From Bacillota bacterium (GTDB taxonomy: Bacteria; Bacillota; UBA4882; UBA10575), in contig JAAYHQ010000047.1 in assembly GCA_012727425.1 (NCBI GenBank), positions 13,155-77,154 of the forward strand: a stretch of 64,000 nt of DNA, given 5' to 3'. Positions 9,505 through 19,295 of the stretch are shown here, piece by piece. The position numbers were made by a program, and so were the translations under genes. The notes under the pieces were generated by a model. That model saw only the letters and a program-made list of their open reading frames with translations, had not been told where the DNA came from and made no database searches. Numbering within the stretch: the first letter of the stretch is position 1; the number at the start of each line of letters is the position of its first letter.

Positions 9505-10619
9505 AGAAAGAGATTGGACAGGAATACACCGTGGCGCTGCTGGCGATTGGATTGGGTTTACTGGCCGGTGCCGTTCTGATGCTGGTGACGGGGAACAATC
9601 CGCTCCTTGGTTTCTTCTACCTTTTTAGCGGCGGCTTGATGAATATTACGCGGATTGGGAACACCCTGGCGACGGCCACCCCTCTGATCTTCACTGGTTT
9701 ATCGGTGGCCTTCGCCTTCAGAACCGGGCTTTTTAACATTGGGGCGGCAGGCCAGATGTTGATTGGGGGGTTGTGCGCAACCGCGCTGGGGCTGACCCTC
9801 CCGTGGCCGAAGCCGCTCCTCCTCCCGGTGATTGTGCTGGCGGCGGCTCTGGGCGGCGCCCTCTGGGGGTTGGTTCCCGGTTGGCTAAAGGCCAAATTCA
9901 ACGTGCATGAAGTGGTTTGCACCATTATGATGAACTGGATTGCCTACTGGTCGGTTTACTACATTGTTCCGGCTTACTTTAAGGGTGCTTATCTGGAAAC
10001 CGAGTCGCGGCGGATTCCCGAAGCGGCTTCCCTAAAAGTGGGCTGGTTGACCCGGCTGTTCAAGGGCTCCTATATTAACCTTGGTTTTTTCATCGCCATT
10101 GCCACCGTGCTGATCATCGCTTATATCCTTGACCGGACGACTTTGGGCTATGAGTTGAAGGCGGTCGGCTATAACCGCGATGCAGCGGAGTACGCCGGGA
10201 TTCAGGCGAACCGGAATATTATTCTGTCGATGATGATTGCCGGGGCCTGTGCTGGTTTGGGCGGGGCCGCTTTTTACGTGGGTTATGCTTCCAACATGCA
10301 GATCGGGGTCCTGCCAAGCCAGGGCTTTGACGGGATCGCCGTGGCCCTGCTGGGCGCCAATTCGCCGTGGGGCGTATTTATGGCGGCGATCTTCTTTGGC
10401 CTCCTCCACTCGGGGAAAGGTTTCATGAATGCGATGACCAAGGTCCCGCCGGAGATTGCTGATTCGATCATCGCCACGATTATTTATTTCGCCGCGACCA
10501 GCGTTCTGATGGAAAGGTTGCGCCAGCGGTTGCAGAAACGGCGGCAAGCCCGGGACAAGACGGATCTGCCCCTTGACCCGGAGGCTAAATTACAGGAAAA
10601 AGTGGGAGGTGTGGGTTGA
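9501..10619 (+). CDS. ABC transporter permease (BMP/nucleoside-type)
   Basis: 372-aa polytopic ORF. 4-nt overlap with the ATPase gene. Confidence 0.85.
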   Translation: MKKEIGQEYTVALLAIGLGLLAGAVLMLVTGNNPLLGFFYLFSGGLMNITRIGNTLATATPLIFTGLSVAFAFRTGLFNIGAAGQMLIGGLCATALGLTLPWPKPLLLPVIVLAAALGGALWGLVPGWLKAKFNVHEVVCTIMMNWIAYWSVYYIVPAYFKGAYLETESRRIPEAASLKVGWLTRLFKGSYINLGFFIAIATVLIIAYILDRTTLGYELKAVGYNRDAAEYAGIQANRNIILSMMIAGACAGLGGAAFYVGYASNMQIGVLPSQGFDGIAVALLGANSPWGVFMAAIFFGLLHSGKGFMNAMTKVPPEIADSIIATIIYFAATSVLMERLRQRLQKRRQARDKTDLPLDPEAKLQEKVGGVG

Positions 10620-11572
10620 TGTGGTGGCATCTGATTGAACAGATCTTTCCTTACGCCATTGCTTATACGGTTCCGCTCCTCATCACCGCTTTGGGCGGAT
10701 TATACAGTGAACGCAGCGGCGTAGTCAACATTGGTCTGGAAGGGTTAATGGTGGTTGGTTTTTTTACCAGTGCTTTGACCATCTCCCGCTTGGAAAGCAG
10801 CCTGTCGCCGGTGGTGGCGATCGGACTTGGTCTTGTCCTGGCCACGCTGGCCGGGGCCGTCTTCTCGTTGCTGCATGCCTTTGCTAGCGTCACGCTCAAT
10901 GCCAACCAGGTGATCAGCGGGACGGCCATTAATATGCTGGCCGGAGCCATCACGGTTTACCTGGCCCGCCATATCACGGGCAGCGGGAACATTCTGATCA
11001 TGAACGGCTTGATCCGCCGGAATGTCCCGGTGCTTTCAAAGATCCCCATTTTGGGTCCGCTCTTCTTTACGCAGACTTACGTAACGACCTGGCTTGTTTT
11101 GGCGATTTTGCTGTTGTCCTGGTTTTTGCTGTACCGGACCCCCTTCGGGTTACGACTCCGGGCTTGCGGAGAACACCCCCAAGCCGCCGATGCGGCTGGG
11201 ATTAACGTCTACCGGATGCGTTATATCGCGGTTTTGCTTTCCGGGGCTTGTGCCGGTCTGGGCGGCGCAATCATTCTGGTGACCTACGCCGGTGAGTTCA
11301 ACGGGACCGTGGCCGGTTTAGGCTTCTTGGCCCTGGCGGCTTTAATCTTCGGGCAATGGAAACCCCTGGGGATTTTGGGGGCGACCTTCTTTTTTGGTCT
11401 GGCCAGTACGATTGCCAACGTCTCCCAAGCCATCCCGGCGCTGGCCAAGGTTCCGGGGATTTTCCTCAAGAACTTCCCTTACATCGTGACCCTTCTGGTT
11501 TTGGTCTTTTTCTCCAAATCAACCCAGGCGCCGCGGGCGGCTGGTGAACCGTACGATAAGGGGAAACGCTAA
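10616..11572 (+). CDS. ABC transporter permease (BMP/nucleoside-type, second subunit)
   Basis: 318-aa polytopic ORF. 4-nt overlap with the previous permease gene. Confidence 0.85.
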   Translation: MMWWHLIEQIFPYAIAYTVPLLITALGGLYSERSGVVNIGLEGLMVVGFFTSALTISRLESSLSPVVAIGLGLVLATLAGAVFSLLHAFASVTLNANQVISGTAINMLAGAITVYLARHITGSGNILIMNGLIRRNVPVLSKIPILGPLFFTQTYVTTWLVLAILLLSWFLLYRTPFGLRLRACGEHPQAADAAGINVYRMRYIAVLLSGACAGLGGAIILVTYAGEFNGTVAGLGFLALAALIFGQWKPLGILGATFFFGLASTIANVSQAIPALAKVPGIFLKNFPYIVTLLVLVFFSKSTQAPRAAGEPYDKGKR

Positions 11573-11617
11573 TATTACGCAGAAACGGGATTTCACGGAA
11601 AGGAGTTACAACTTGCC

Positions 11618-12547
11618 ATGGATCCAATCCAAAAGGTTTACTTGGTGGGGCTGGGGGCGGTGGGCAGTGCTTATGCCGCCAAGATGAATGAGGCCGAACC
11701 CGATCTGGTCAAGGTGATCGTGGATCAGCAGCGTTTTGCGGCCTACCAGCAGCAGGAGATCCGGGTCAACGGCAAGCCCTGCCGGTTCCCGTTGGTCACT
11801 CCGGAGCAGGCCACCGAAAAAGCGGATTTGATCCTGATTGCGGTCAAAGGGCATCACTTGGCGGAAGCCATCACCCTGATCCGCCCCTTTGTCGGGGAGA
11901 AGACGATCATTATGTCCCTGTTGAACGGGATCACCAGTGAAGAGGAGATCGGCAAGGTGTACGGGGCGGAGAAACTGCTCCATGCCTTTGTGGTGAGTAC
12001 CGATGCGACCCGGGAAGGAAGGTCGACACGCTATTCCAACCTGGGACGGATTGTTTTTGGCGACAAAGATGATCCGACGTCGCCGAAGGTCTTAGCGGTG
12101 AAAGCGCTTTTCGACCGGACGGGGGTTCCCTATACGATTCCCCCTGACATCCTGCGGGAGTTGTGGTGGAAGTTCATGTTGAACGTGGGATTGAATCAGG
12201 TCTCTGCCATTCTTAAGGCGCCTTACGGTGTTTTTCACAAGGTCAAGGAGGCGCGGGAATTGATGGTCCTGGCCTGCCAGGAAGTTTTACAGATTGCGCA
12301 GCGGATGGGGATCAACCTGACCACCGCCGATATCGATGGCTACCATGAGGTCATCGGCCAGCTGGCGCCGGAGGGGAAGACATCGATGCTCCAGGATGTG
12401 GAGGCTGGCCGCAAGACCGAGGTCGAAAGCTTTGCCTGGACGGTGGTGGCGCTGGGTGAGAAATACGGGATACCCACACCGGTGAACGCCTGTTTAGGAC
12501 GGATGATCGCGGTTTTGGAGCAGACATACGGTCTAGACACATGGTAA
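11618..12547 (+). CDS. panE: 2-dehydropantoate 2-reductase (ketopantoate reductase, ApbA/PanE family)
   Basis: 309 aa. N-terminal GLGAVGS Rossmann motif, KGHHL, LLNGI, C-terminal SMLQDVEAGRKTEVE. Confidence 0.75.
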   Translation: MDPIQKVYLVGLGAVGSAYAAKMNEAEPDLVKVIVDQQRFAAYQQQEIRVNGKPCRFPLVTPEQATEKADLILIAVKGHHLAEAITLIRPFVGEKTIIMSLLNGITSEEEIGKVYGAEKLLHAFVVSTDATREGRSTRYSNLGRIVFGDKDDPTSPKVLAVKALFDRTGVPYTIPPDILRELWWKFMLNVGLNQVSAILKAPYGVFHKVKEARELMVLACQEVLQIAQRMGINLTTADIDGYHEVIGQLAPEGKTSMLQDVEAGRKTEVESFAWTVVALGEKYGIPTPVNACLGRMIAVLEQTYGLDTW

Positions 12548-12585
12548 TTGGTGAAAAGAGGGAAACCAGATTTGCATAGAGGACA

Positions 12586-13326
12586 GTGATGATCATCAGT
12601 AAAGACGCGAGACAGATTATTATCCCCAATACTTTTTACGGCCGGTTGGTGCCGGCCGTTTTTCATCGCCGGTTGCACCGTTTTGCCGCGGAAGTGGAGA
12701 CGGAGGCGGGGCGGGCGACCGTTCATATTCCGAACTCCGGCCGCTTGCGTGAGCTTTTATTTCCCGGGAATAAAGTCGGACTGAATGACGAAGGGCACAG
12801 CGGGCGGAAAACCCGCTATACGCTTGTGGGGGCGGAAACCGAAGCGGGGTGGGCGTTTATTGACGCCCGTCTGCCCAACCGGATTCTGGCCGCAGCCTGG
12901 CGGAAGCTGCCGCCCCTGAGCGTTTACGACCGGGTTTACCCGGAGCGAACCTGGGGGGACAGCCGGTTCGATTTGGCTCTCCAAAAGGACGGATCCCCCG
13001 AGACCGCCTGGTTGGAAGCCAAGTGTGTCACTTTGGTGCAGGCCGGGGCCGGCCTGTTTCCCGACGCCCCGACGGAACGGGGACGAAAGCACCTTTTGGA
13101 GTTGGCAAAACTCAGTGCGGCCGGGAAAAGGGCCTTTGTCTTCTTTTTTCTGCAGCATCCGGGAGGGGTCAGCGTTCAAGCCAACCAAGAGATGGATCCG
13201 GAGTTTACGGCGGCGGTGGCGGCGGCCGCCCAAGCCGGCGTCGCTTTTCATGCTTACCGGGTGCAGCCCGCGGCCGCAACGGTGGTTTTGACGGAAGTCC
13301 CGGTGTTGTTACCGCCGGCCACCTAA
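12586..13326 (+). CDS. sfsA: sugar fermentation stimulation protein SfsA family
   Basis: 246 aa. RRLHRFAAEV..VHIPNSGRL..ARLPN..ER..SRFD..VEAK pattern is typical of SfsA. The true start may be slightly downstream. Confidence 0.8.
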   Translation: MMIISKDARQIIIPNTFYGRLVPAVFHRRLHRFAAEVETEAGRATVHIPNSGRLRELLFPGNKVGLNDEGHSGRKTRYTLVGAETEAGWAFIDARLPNRILAAAWRKLPPLSVYDRVYPERTWGDSRFDLALQKDGSPETAWLEAKCVTLVQAGAGLFPDAPTERGRKHLLELAKLSAAGKRAFVFFFLQHPGGVSVQANQEMDPEFTAAVAAAAQAGVAFHAYRVQPAAATVVLTEVPVLLPPAT

Positions 13327-14231
13327 CGTTCACGGGGGCCGAACCGGTTGGTCCCGGCCACACCCAGGAGAATCAGAATACCGCCGACCAGGTGATACCA
13401 ATGGAAGGGTTCGCCCCGGAGGCCGATTCCGGCGGCCACTGAAACAATGGTGGCCAGATTGGCAAAGACCGCACTGCGGGCGGCACCAATCCTGGCGATG
13501 AAGTAATTCATGCCGAAGAAAGCAACCACGGAAGAGAGGATGCCCAGGTACAGCACGGCGGTCCAAACTTGCTTGTACTGCAGCAGAGGGAGAATACGGG
13601 TGGGGGCAAGACCATTTTGCGCTTCGTAAACGGTTAGGCCGCCAAAGACGATGGCACCGACCCACATCATGACGAAGGTGAGTTCGATGGGACGAAAATG
13701 TTGTGAAAGCCAGCGGGAGAGGGTCGTGAAGATGGCGGCGGAGAGGACCGCGCCCAATAAGGCAAACAGACCCAAGGTATGACCGGAGGTGGCAAGCCGG
13801 CCTCCGCCCAGGATGATTACGCCCACCCCAAGTACGGAGATGAAAATTGAGACGGCCTGAAGGGGACTGGGGATTTCTTTTAAGAACAGGGCGGCCAGGA
13901 GAGTGACCCAGACTGGAATCAAGGCGATCATCAGCCCGGCTTCGGAAGCGGTGGTGAGGTTGACACCGGTGGTTTCAAGGATAAAATAAAGGACCGGCTG
14001 GAACAGGGCGAGCAACAAAACCCGGCCCCAAGGGCGGTTTTTAAGGTTAATTTTTATGATCCCGAGGATGCGGAGGAGGGTCAGCACGACCGCCGCTGTA
14101 ATAAAACGGAGGGCCAGTAACTGGTGGGGGGTGACATAGTCCAGAGCTCCCTTGGTAAAGATGAAGGAGAAGCCGAAGATTAATTCGGTGAAGACAGCAA
14201 CAATGTAAGCACGGATCATGGGCGGTAACAC
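13323..14231 (-). CDS. DMT-family (EamA) transporter
   Basis: 302 aa, about 10 TM segments arranged as two EamA-like halves. Confidence 0.8.
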   Translation of the reverse strand: MLPPMIRAYIVAVFTELIFGFSFIFTKGALDYVTPHQLLALRFITAAVVLTLLRILGIIKINLKNRPWGRVLLLALFQPVLYFILETTGVNLTTASEAGLMIALIPVWVTLLAALFLKEIPSPLQAVSIFISVLGVGVIILGGGRLATSGHTLGLFALLGAVLSAAIFTTLSRWLSQHFRPIELTFVMMWVGAIVFGGLTVYEAQNGLAPTRILPLLQYKQVWTAVLYLGILSSVVAFFGMNYFIARIGAARSAVFANLATIVSVAAGIGLRGEPFHWYHLVGGILILLGVAGTNRFGPRER

Positions 14232-14516
14232 TTCCTATCTATCTAGTCTGTCTGGCAATACCGGATGGTTGATGATGCGATGCCAGTTTCCGCATAGCAT
14301 GTTCAGGGCACTACTGAGGACAACCAAACGCCGCCCGCCGGCGATACCGGCGGGCTTACCCGGCTTTTATTTGATGCCGTTGCGTGGTGCGGAGGTCAGG
14401 CGTGTCAGCAACTTGATCATATGATAAACTTGGGAAAGGCTTTTCGTCAAACGAAAAGATGGTTGCAAACCGGAGTCCGCTGTCTTTTAGCGAATGTTAC
14501 ATTCACATAACCCGGC

Positions 14517-14545
14517 TTGCCGATGGCAACAAGATGTAATATAAT
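14517..14545 (+). promoter_or_regulatory. sigma-A-type promoter of the riboswitch-yhhQ-queF unit
   Basis: TTGCCG (14517-14522), 17-nt spacer, TATAAT (14540-14545). The riboswitch begins about 9 nt later. Confidence 0.55.
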
Positions 14546-14553
14546 AAGCCTAT

Positions 14554-14588
14554 GCGGTTTTCCAGAGAACCCGCGTGACCAAAACTGG
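14554..14588 (+). promoter_or_regulatory. preQ1-I riboswitch (translational, SD-sequestering pseudoknot)
   Basis: P1 is GCGG (14554-57) pairing with CCGC (14571-74). Loop is UUUUCCAGAGAAC. An A-rich tail ACCAAAACUGG follows. Loop CCAG (14562-65) can pair with CUGG (14585-88), which overlaps the SD GGAGG. The element sits upstream of queuosine genes. Confidence 0.8.
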
Positions 14589-14598
14589 AGGTGTTTTC

Positions 14599-15303
14599 AT
14601 GTTGCCAACGAAGGAAGTCCCCGATTCCCCCTTGTATCATCTTTTATCCACTCTTTTCGTCACTTCCCTTCTCCTAGCCAATATTACCGCCGGAAAAATG
14701 GCGCACCTTTTTGGTCTGACTTTGCCGGCGGCCGTTGTTTTTTTCCCGATCACATATATTCTGGGTGATGTGCTAACGGAGGTTTACGGTTTCCACCGCG
14801 CCCGGCTCACCATCTGGCTGGGTTTCTTTGCCAACCTCTTTATGGCGCTTGTTTTCCTGATTACGGTCGCCTTGCCTTATCCCCCGTATTGGACAGGTCA
14901 GGAGGCCTATAAAGCGGTCTTGGGAATGACCCCACGGCTGGTGGCGGCTTCGACCGTTGCTTATTTTGCCGGTTCGTTTCTAAATTCGGCGCTGCTGTCC
15001 AAGTTAAAAGTGGCCACGGCTGGACGGTGGCTTTGGCTCAGGACCATCTTTTCGACCCTGGTGGGAGAAGGGGTCGATACGGCTTTATTTATTGTCATCG
15101 GTTTTGGGGGGACGATCCCCCTCAATCTGCTGGTTAATCTGATCCTGGCCCAGTATCTGTGGAAAGTGACGTATGAAATTCTGGTTACGCCGTTAACTTA
15201 TCTGGTGGTCGGGTGGCTCAAGCGCCGGGAGAAAAGGGATGTTTTTGACCACGGGGCGAATTACAACCCCTTTATCTTGGATTGGAGGCGAGTAGATGAG
15301 TAA
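14599..15303 (+). CDS. yhhQ: queuosine precursor transporter (YhhQ/VUT family)
   Basis: ORF 14575..15303. Start set to ATG 14599, 7 nt after GGAGG. The LLANITAGK..FPITYILGDVLTEVYG motif is typical of YhhQ/DUF165. Confidence 0.8.
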   Translation: MLPTKEVPDSPLYHLLSTLFVTSLLLANITAGKMAHLFGLTLPAAVVFFPITYILGDVLTEVYGFHRARLTIWLGFFANLFMALVFLITVALPYPPYWTGQEAYKAVLGMTPRLVAASTVAYFAGSFLNSALLSKLKVATAGRWLWLRTIFSTLVGEGVDTALFIVIGFGGTIPLNLLVNLILAQYLWKVTYEILVTPLTYLVVGWLKRREKRDVFDHGANYNPFILDWRRVDE

Positions 15304-15703
15304 AACGACGCGCGAAACCGGGAACGACTATGGCTTCCGTGCCTTGGGGAAGACGGTCCGTACGCCGATGCGGACGTTGGATACCTTCCCCAAACCGGCG
15401 GGGGTCGAGACCGTAATCATGGAAAGTGATGAGGTGACCAGTCTGTGTCCGGTGACTGGGCAACCGGATTGGGAGACGGTCACCATTGAATATGCGCCGG
15501 ACCAGGCTTGCATCGAGAGTAAAAGTTTAAAACTTTATTTGTGGAGTTTTCGCGAGGAAGGAGTGTTCTGTGAAGCGCTAGCCGCGCAGATCGCCAACGA
15601 TGTGGCCACCGCCTGCCGGCCCTTCTGGGTGAAGGTGACCGTAACCCAGAAACCGCGGGGAGGAATAAAAATAGTGGCCACCGCCCGGGTGGATCGGGAC
15701 TAA
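15296..15703 (+). CDS. queF: NADPH-dependent 7-cyano-7-deazaguanine (preQ0) reductase, type I
   Basis: 135 aa. SLCPVTGQPDW with the catalytic Cys, plus ESKSLKLYL. 8-nt overlap with yhhQ. Confidence 0.9.
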   Translation: MSKTTRETGNDYGFRALGKTVRTPMRTLDTFPKPAGVETVIMESDEVTSLCPVTGQPDWETVTIEYAPDQACIESKSLKLYLWSFREEGVFCEALAAQIANDVATACRPFWVKVTVTQKPRGGIKIVATARVDRD

Positions 15704-15723
15704 AGGTGACCAGTCCCGTGTTA

Positions 15724-15758
15724 ACGCTCGCTGGTGTGGGAAAGCGGGCGTTTTCTTT
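15724..15758 (+). terminator. intrinsic terminator after queF
   Basis: ACGCTCGCT / AGCGGGCGT stem of 9 bp (one G-U), 10-nt loop, then TTTTCTTTATT. Confidence 0.6.
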
Positions 15759-15863
15759 ATTATTATTGTAACAAGTAGGTGTGAAAAGAGGAAAAGAGAC
15801 CATGTAGGGGCAAATAAAGATAGGGAACGCGAAAAAACTGCTGACGATTGACGGGGGAGAAAT

Positions 15864-17255
15864 TTGAAACAGTTATCCTTGCTTAAACGGTTAAAACAAC
15901 GGATGGATGCGGATTTCCGCCCGGTCTGGAAGGAGATTATAATGATCACCCTTCCGGCCTTTATCGAGCTGGTCATGTCGACCCTTTTCGGGATGGTTGA
16001 TATGGTGATGGTTGGACGGTTGGGTCCGGCTGCGATTACAGCCGTGGGGTTGACGAACCAGCCTTTTATGTTACTGTTGTCGGTTTTTGCGGCGGTCAAC
16101 ATCGGGACGACCACCTTGGTGGCCTGGCGGATCGGCGCCGGCAAACCGGAGGAAGCACAGGCGGTAACCCGGCAAACGGTACTAATCAGTCTGGTTTTGG
16201 GTGCTTTGGTCAGCGGAGTCGGGGTTCTCCTGGCCCCGGGGGTTGTGCGCTTTATGGGCGCGGGACCCGACACGTTTGCCGACGCTACCGTTTATTTTCA
16301 GGTTGTGGCGGCCGGCTTGGTGTTTCAGGTACTGAACATGGGGATCACAGCGGCGCTCCGCGGTGCGGGCGAAACGAAAATTCCGATGCTCTATAACGTG
16401 GGAAGTAACTTTATTAACGTGTTCGGCAATTATGTCCTCATCTACGGAAAACTGGGCTTTCCCCGCTGGGGAGTGACCGGGGCGGCGGTTTCAACTTCCT
16501 TCTCCCGTTTATTGGGTTGTCTGGCTGGGCTTTATGTCGTTTACTGCTCCCGGCACACGGTGCTCCGCCTCAAACTGAAGGCCGATTACCGGTTGCACTG
16601 GCCGACGGTCCAACGGATCTTTGCCATCGGGCTGCCGGCGGCGCTGGAACAGTTTATTCTGCATAGCGGTTTGATGTTATTTGCGAAAACCGTATCGACT
16701 CTCGGCACGCTTAAGTTCGCCGCCCACCAGATCGGAGTGAACATCAGCGGTCTTTCCTTTGCGCCAAGCATGGCCTTTAGCGTCGCGGCAACGACTTTGG
16801 TCGGACAGAGCCTGGGAGCGGGGAAGGAGGAACAGGCGACAAAATACGCCCGGCTTGTGCACAAAATTGCTCTGGTGGTGGCGATTCTTAATGGATTACT
16901 CTTCATCTTCTTTTCTTACCCGATGGCCTTGGTGTACACCTCCGACGCGGCGGTGGCCGCGGCGGCGAGCATGGTCCTTAAGATTCTGGCGCTGGCCTTG
17001 CCGGGGCAATCGACCCAGTTTGCGCTGGCTGGGGCTTTGCGAGGGGCCGGTGATACCATGTCCCCGCTGTATGCTTCGGCGCTGGGGATTTGGCTCTTCC
17101 GGGTGGTGGCGGCCTATATTTTTGTCCGGATCTTCCATTGGGATCTGGCCGGGGCCTGGGTTGCTTTTGTGCTGGACCAGTATACCCGTTCGACCGTGAT
17201 TTACCTCCGTTTCCGCTCGGGGAAATGGAAAAACCGCCGGTTCCGTGTGGGGTAA
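15864..17255 (+). CDS. MATE-family efflux transporter
   Basis: 463 aa, 12-TM look, duplicated MatE pattern (ITLPAFIELVMSTLFGMVDMVMVGRLG...). TTG start after GGGGGAG. Confidence 0.85.
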   Translation: MKQLSLLKRLKQRMDADFRPVWKEIIMITLPAFIELVMSTLFGMVDMVMVGRLGPAAITAVGLTNQPFMLLLSVFAAVNIGTTTLVAWRIGAGKPEEAQAVTRQTVLISLVLGALVSGVGVLLAPGVVRFMGAGPDTFADATVYFQVVAAGLVFQVLNMGITAALRGAGETKIPMLYNVGSNFINVFGNYVLIYGKLGFPRWGVTGAAVSTSFSRLLGCLAGLYVVYCSRHTVLRLKLKADYRLHWPTVQRIFAIGLPAALEQFILHSGLMLFAKTVSTLGTLKFAAHQIGVNISGLSFAPSMAFSVAATTLVGQSLGAGKEEQATKYARLVHKIALVVAILNGLLFIFFSYPMALVYTSDAAVAAAASMVLKILALALPGQSTQFALAGALRGAGDTMSPLYASALGIWLFRVVAAYIFVRIFHWDLAGAWVAFVLDQYTRSTVIYLRFRSGKWKNRRFRVG

Positions 17256-17281
17256 AGCAGATTTAAAACAAACTACACTGG

Positions 17282-17310
17282 ACGCCCGGTCTCGCGCCGG
17301 GTGTTTTTTT
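17282..17310 (+). terminator. intrinsic terminator after the MATE gene
   Basis: ACGCCCGG / CCGGGTGT stem, 7-nt loop, then T7. Confidence 0.65.
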
Positions 17311-17368
17311 GTCTGTGATGCGGCATAAGGCGGGGCTGGAAGGCGTAAGGTAGATGGGGAGGTAAAAA

Positions 17369-18355
17369 ATGCCGCTGTTTCCGGTTTGCTTTGTTTTACT
17401 TTTAATTTTGGCCGCCGAGTTTGTGAACGGGTGGACCGATGCGCCTAATGCCATTGCCACGGTGGTGGCGACGCAAGCACTAAAGCCAAAGACCGCAGTA
17501 GTGCTGGCCGTGGTGGGTAACATGACGGGCGCCTTTTACGGTCGGGCGGTGGCACAAACCATCGGGACGGAGATTGTGCGTCTGGAAGCAATTAACCTGG
17601 TGACTTTGGGGGCGGCTTTGATTGGGATCGTGGTTTGGGCCACGGCGGCCTCTTGGTTTGGGCTTCCCACCAGTGAAAGCCATGCCTTACTGGCCGGGCT
17701 GGCTGGGGCCGGCATGGCGACGGCTGGTCCGTTCGCCTTGTTGCTTTCCGGATGGAAGAAGGTTTTCCTGGGTCTGGTAATCTCGGTTCTTTTTGGGGCG
17801 GCCGGCGGGTTTGGACTGGCATGGGTGTTTAAATTGCTCAGTAAGGATTGGCCGCAGGCAAAAGCAAAGCGGATCTTTTATTTACTTCAGATGATCGCGG
17901 CCGGGGGGATGGCTTTTAGCCACGGCAGCAATGACGGGCAAAAGTTTATTGGTCTTTTTACGTTAACCCTGGTGTTGTCCGGCTTCTTGCCGGTTTTTCG
18001 GGTTCAACCCTGGGTTGTGATTTTATGTTCGGTGGTGATGGGCGCCGGGACTTCGGTCGGGGGTTGGCGGATCATTGAAAAAGTTGGGACCCAACTGGTT
18101 AAACTGGAACCGGACCAAGGGTTGGCGGCGCAAACCGCCGCCGCGGTTTCCATCCTGTTTGCTTCCAGCTTCGGGGTGCCTTTAAGCACGACCCATACGG
18201 TCACGACGGCGATCATGGGCACCGGTCTGACCCGGGGATTGGCGGCGGTTAATTGGCGGGTGGTGAAAGAGCTGGTGCTGGCTTGGCTGTTTACCTTTCC
18301 CGTCTGTGGGCTCATCGGTTACTTTACAGCGTGGGCCTTAACCAGGGTATTCTGA
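17369..18355 (+). CDS. inorganic phosphate transporter, PiT family
   Basis: 328 aa. GWTDAPNAIATVV and HGSNDGQK PHO4 signatures. Confidence 0.85.
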   Translation: MPLFPVCFVLLLILAAEFVNGWTDAPNAIATVVATQALKPKTAVVLAVVGNMTGAFYGRAVAQTIGTEIVRLEAINLVTLGAALIGIVVWATAASWFGLPTSESHALLAGLAGAGMATAGPFALLLSGWKKVFLGLVISVLFGAAGGFGLAWVFKLLSKDWPQAKAKRIFYLLQMIAAGGMAFSHGSNDGQKFIGLFTLTLVLSGFLPVFRVQPWVVILCSVVMGAGTSVGGWRIIEKVGTQLVKLEPDQGLAAQTAAAVSILFASSFGVPLSTTHTVTTAIMGTGLTRGLAAVNWRVVKELVLAWLFTFPVCGLIGYFTAWALTRVF

Positions 18356-18402
18356 GGAAGAACCAGGAAGGGGTCAAAGCTGAATAGAGCGGGGGGTTGG
18401 CT

Positions 18403-19110
18403 TTACGGTCCGGGTTTATTGGCTACATGGATCGTGACTACCCCCCAGCTTAACGCGGTACAGCAGACGTTGGTAAAACCGATCTCCTGAAAGATCCGGG
18501 TTATTTTTTCGGGGGCGGGGTATGTCTGGATCGAGTGGTGTAAATACTGATAGGGTTTTTTATCTCCGGTAAACAGATAACCGACAAGGGGGAGACAAAC
18601 GGCGGTGTAGATCCGGTGGAGGCGGTTAAAGACGGGAGCACGTGGTTTGGCCAGTTCCAGGGCGGCGACTTTGCCCCCGGGTTTCAGTACCCGGAAGAGC
18701 TCGGCTAAGGCCTGGCGTGGATCGGCCACGTTCCGTAAGCCATAGCCGATCACTGTCCGGTCAAAAACGTCATTGGGAAAGGGAAGGGCCAGCGCGTTTC
18801 CTTCTACCAATTCGATCCAGGGGTAAGCCCGCAGGTTTTGCGCGGCGATCTTTAACATGGCGGGTGAGAGATCCAGGCCGACGACTTTACCTTGGGGCCC
18901 TACTTTTTGGGCTAGGTCTTTGGTGATCATTCCCGTACCACAACAGACATCCAAAACCCGGTGGCCGGGCTGGAGGTCGGCTTTTTCGATGGTGTAGTTT
19001 CGCCAGTGGTGATGGAGGCCAAAACTGATTAGTGTATTGACCAGGTCATAGCTGGGGGCAATTTTGCGAAAAAAAACCTTCTGCCAGCGTTCTTTTTTAC
19101 TTGGCCGCAA
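18403..19110 (-). CDS. ubiE: demethylmenaquinone/ubiquinone C-methyltransferase (UbiE/MenG family)
   Basis: 235 aa. YDLVNTLISFGLHHHWR, SAM motif VLDVCCGTG, RVLKPGG. TTG start. Confidence 0.8.
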   Translation of the reverse strand: MRPSKKERWQKVFFRKIAPSYDLVNTLISFGLHHHWRNYTIEKADLQPGHRVLDVCCGTGMITKDLAQKVGPQGKVVGLDLSPAMLKIAAQNLRAYPWIELVEGNALALPFPNDVFDRTVIGYGLRNVADPRQALAELFRVLKPGGKVAALELAKPRAPVFNRLHRIYTAVCLPLVGYLFTGDKKPYQYLHHSIQTYPAPEKITRIFQEIGFTNVCCTALSWGVVTIHVANKPGP

Positions 19111-19295
19111 TTAAGGTCGCCTCCGCACGCAGATAGTTGGACCTTTTTTATTCTGCCCGCGCTTTCCGGTTTTATCGGACCCCGGCTTTTATTTCACTTT
19201 TACCCAAGCCGGAAAGTTCCCTTTGCCCAACACCGACGCGCTTCTGGAGCAATATTATGTGGTAGCTGGTTGGAAAGGGAGGTGTAGGCTGAAAG

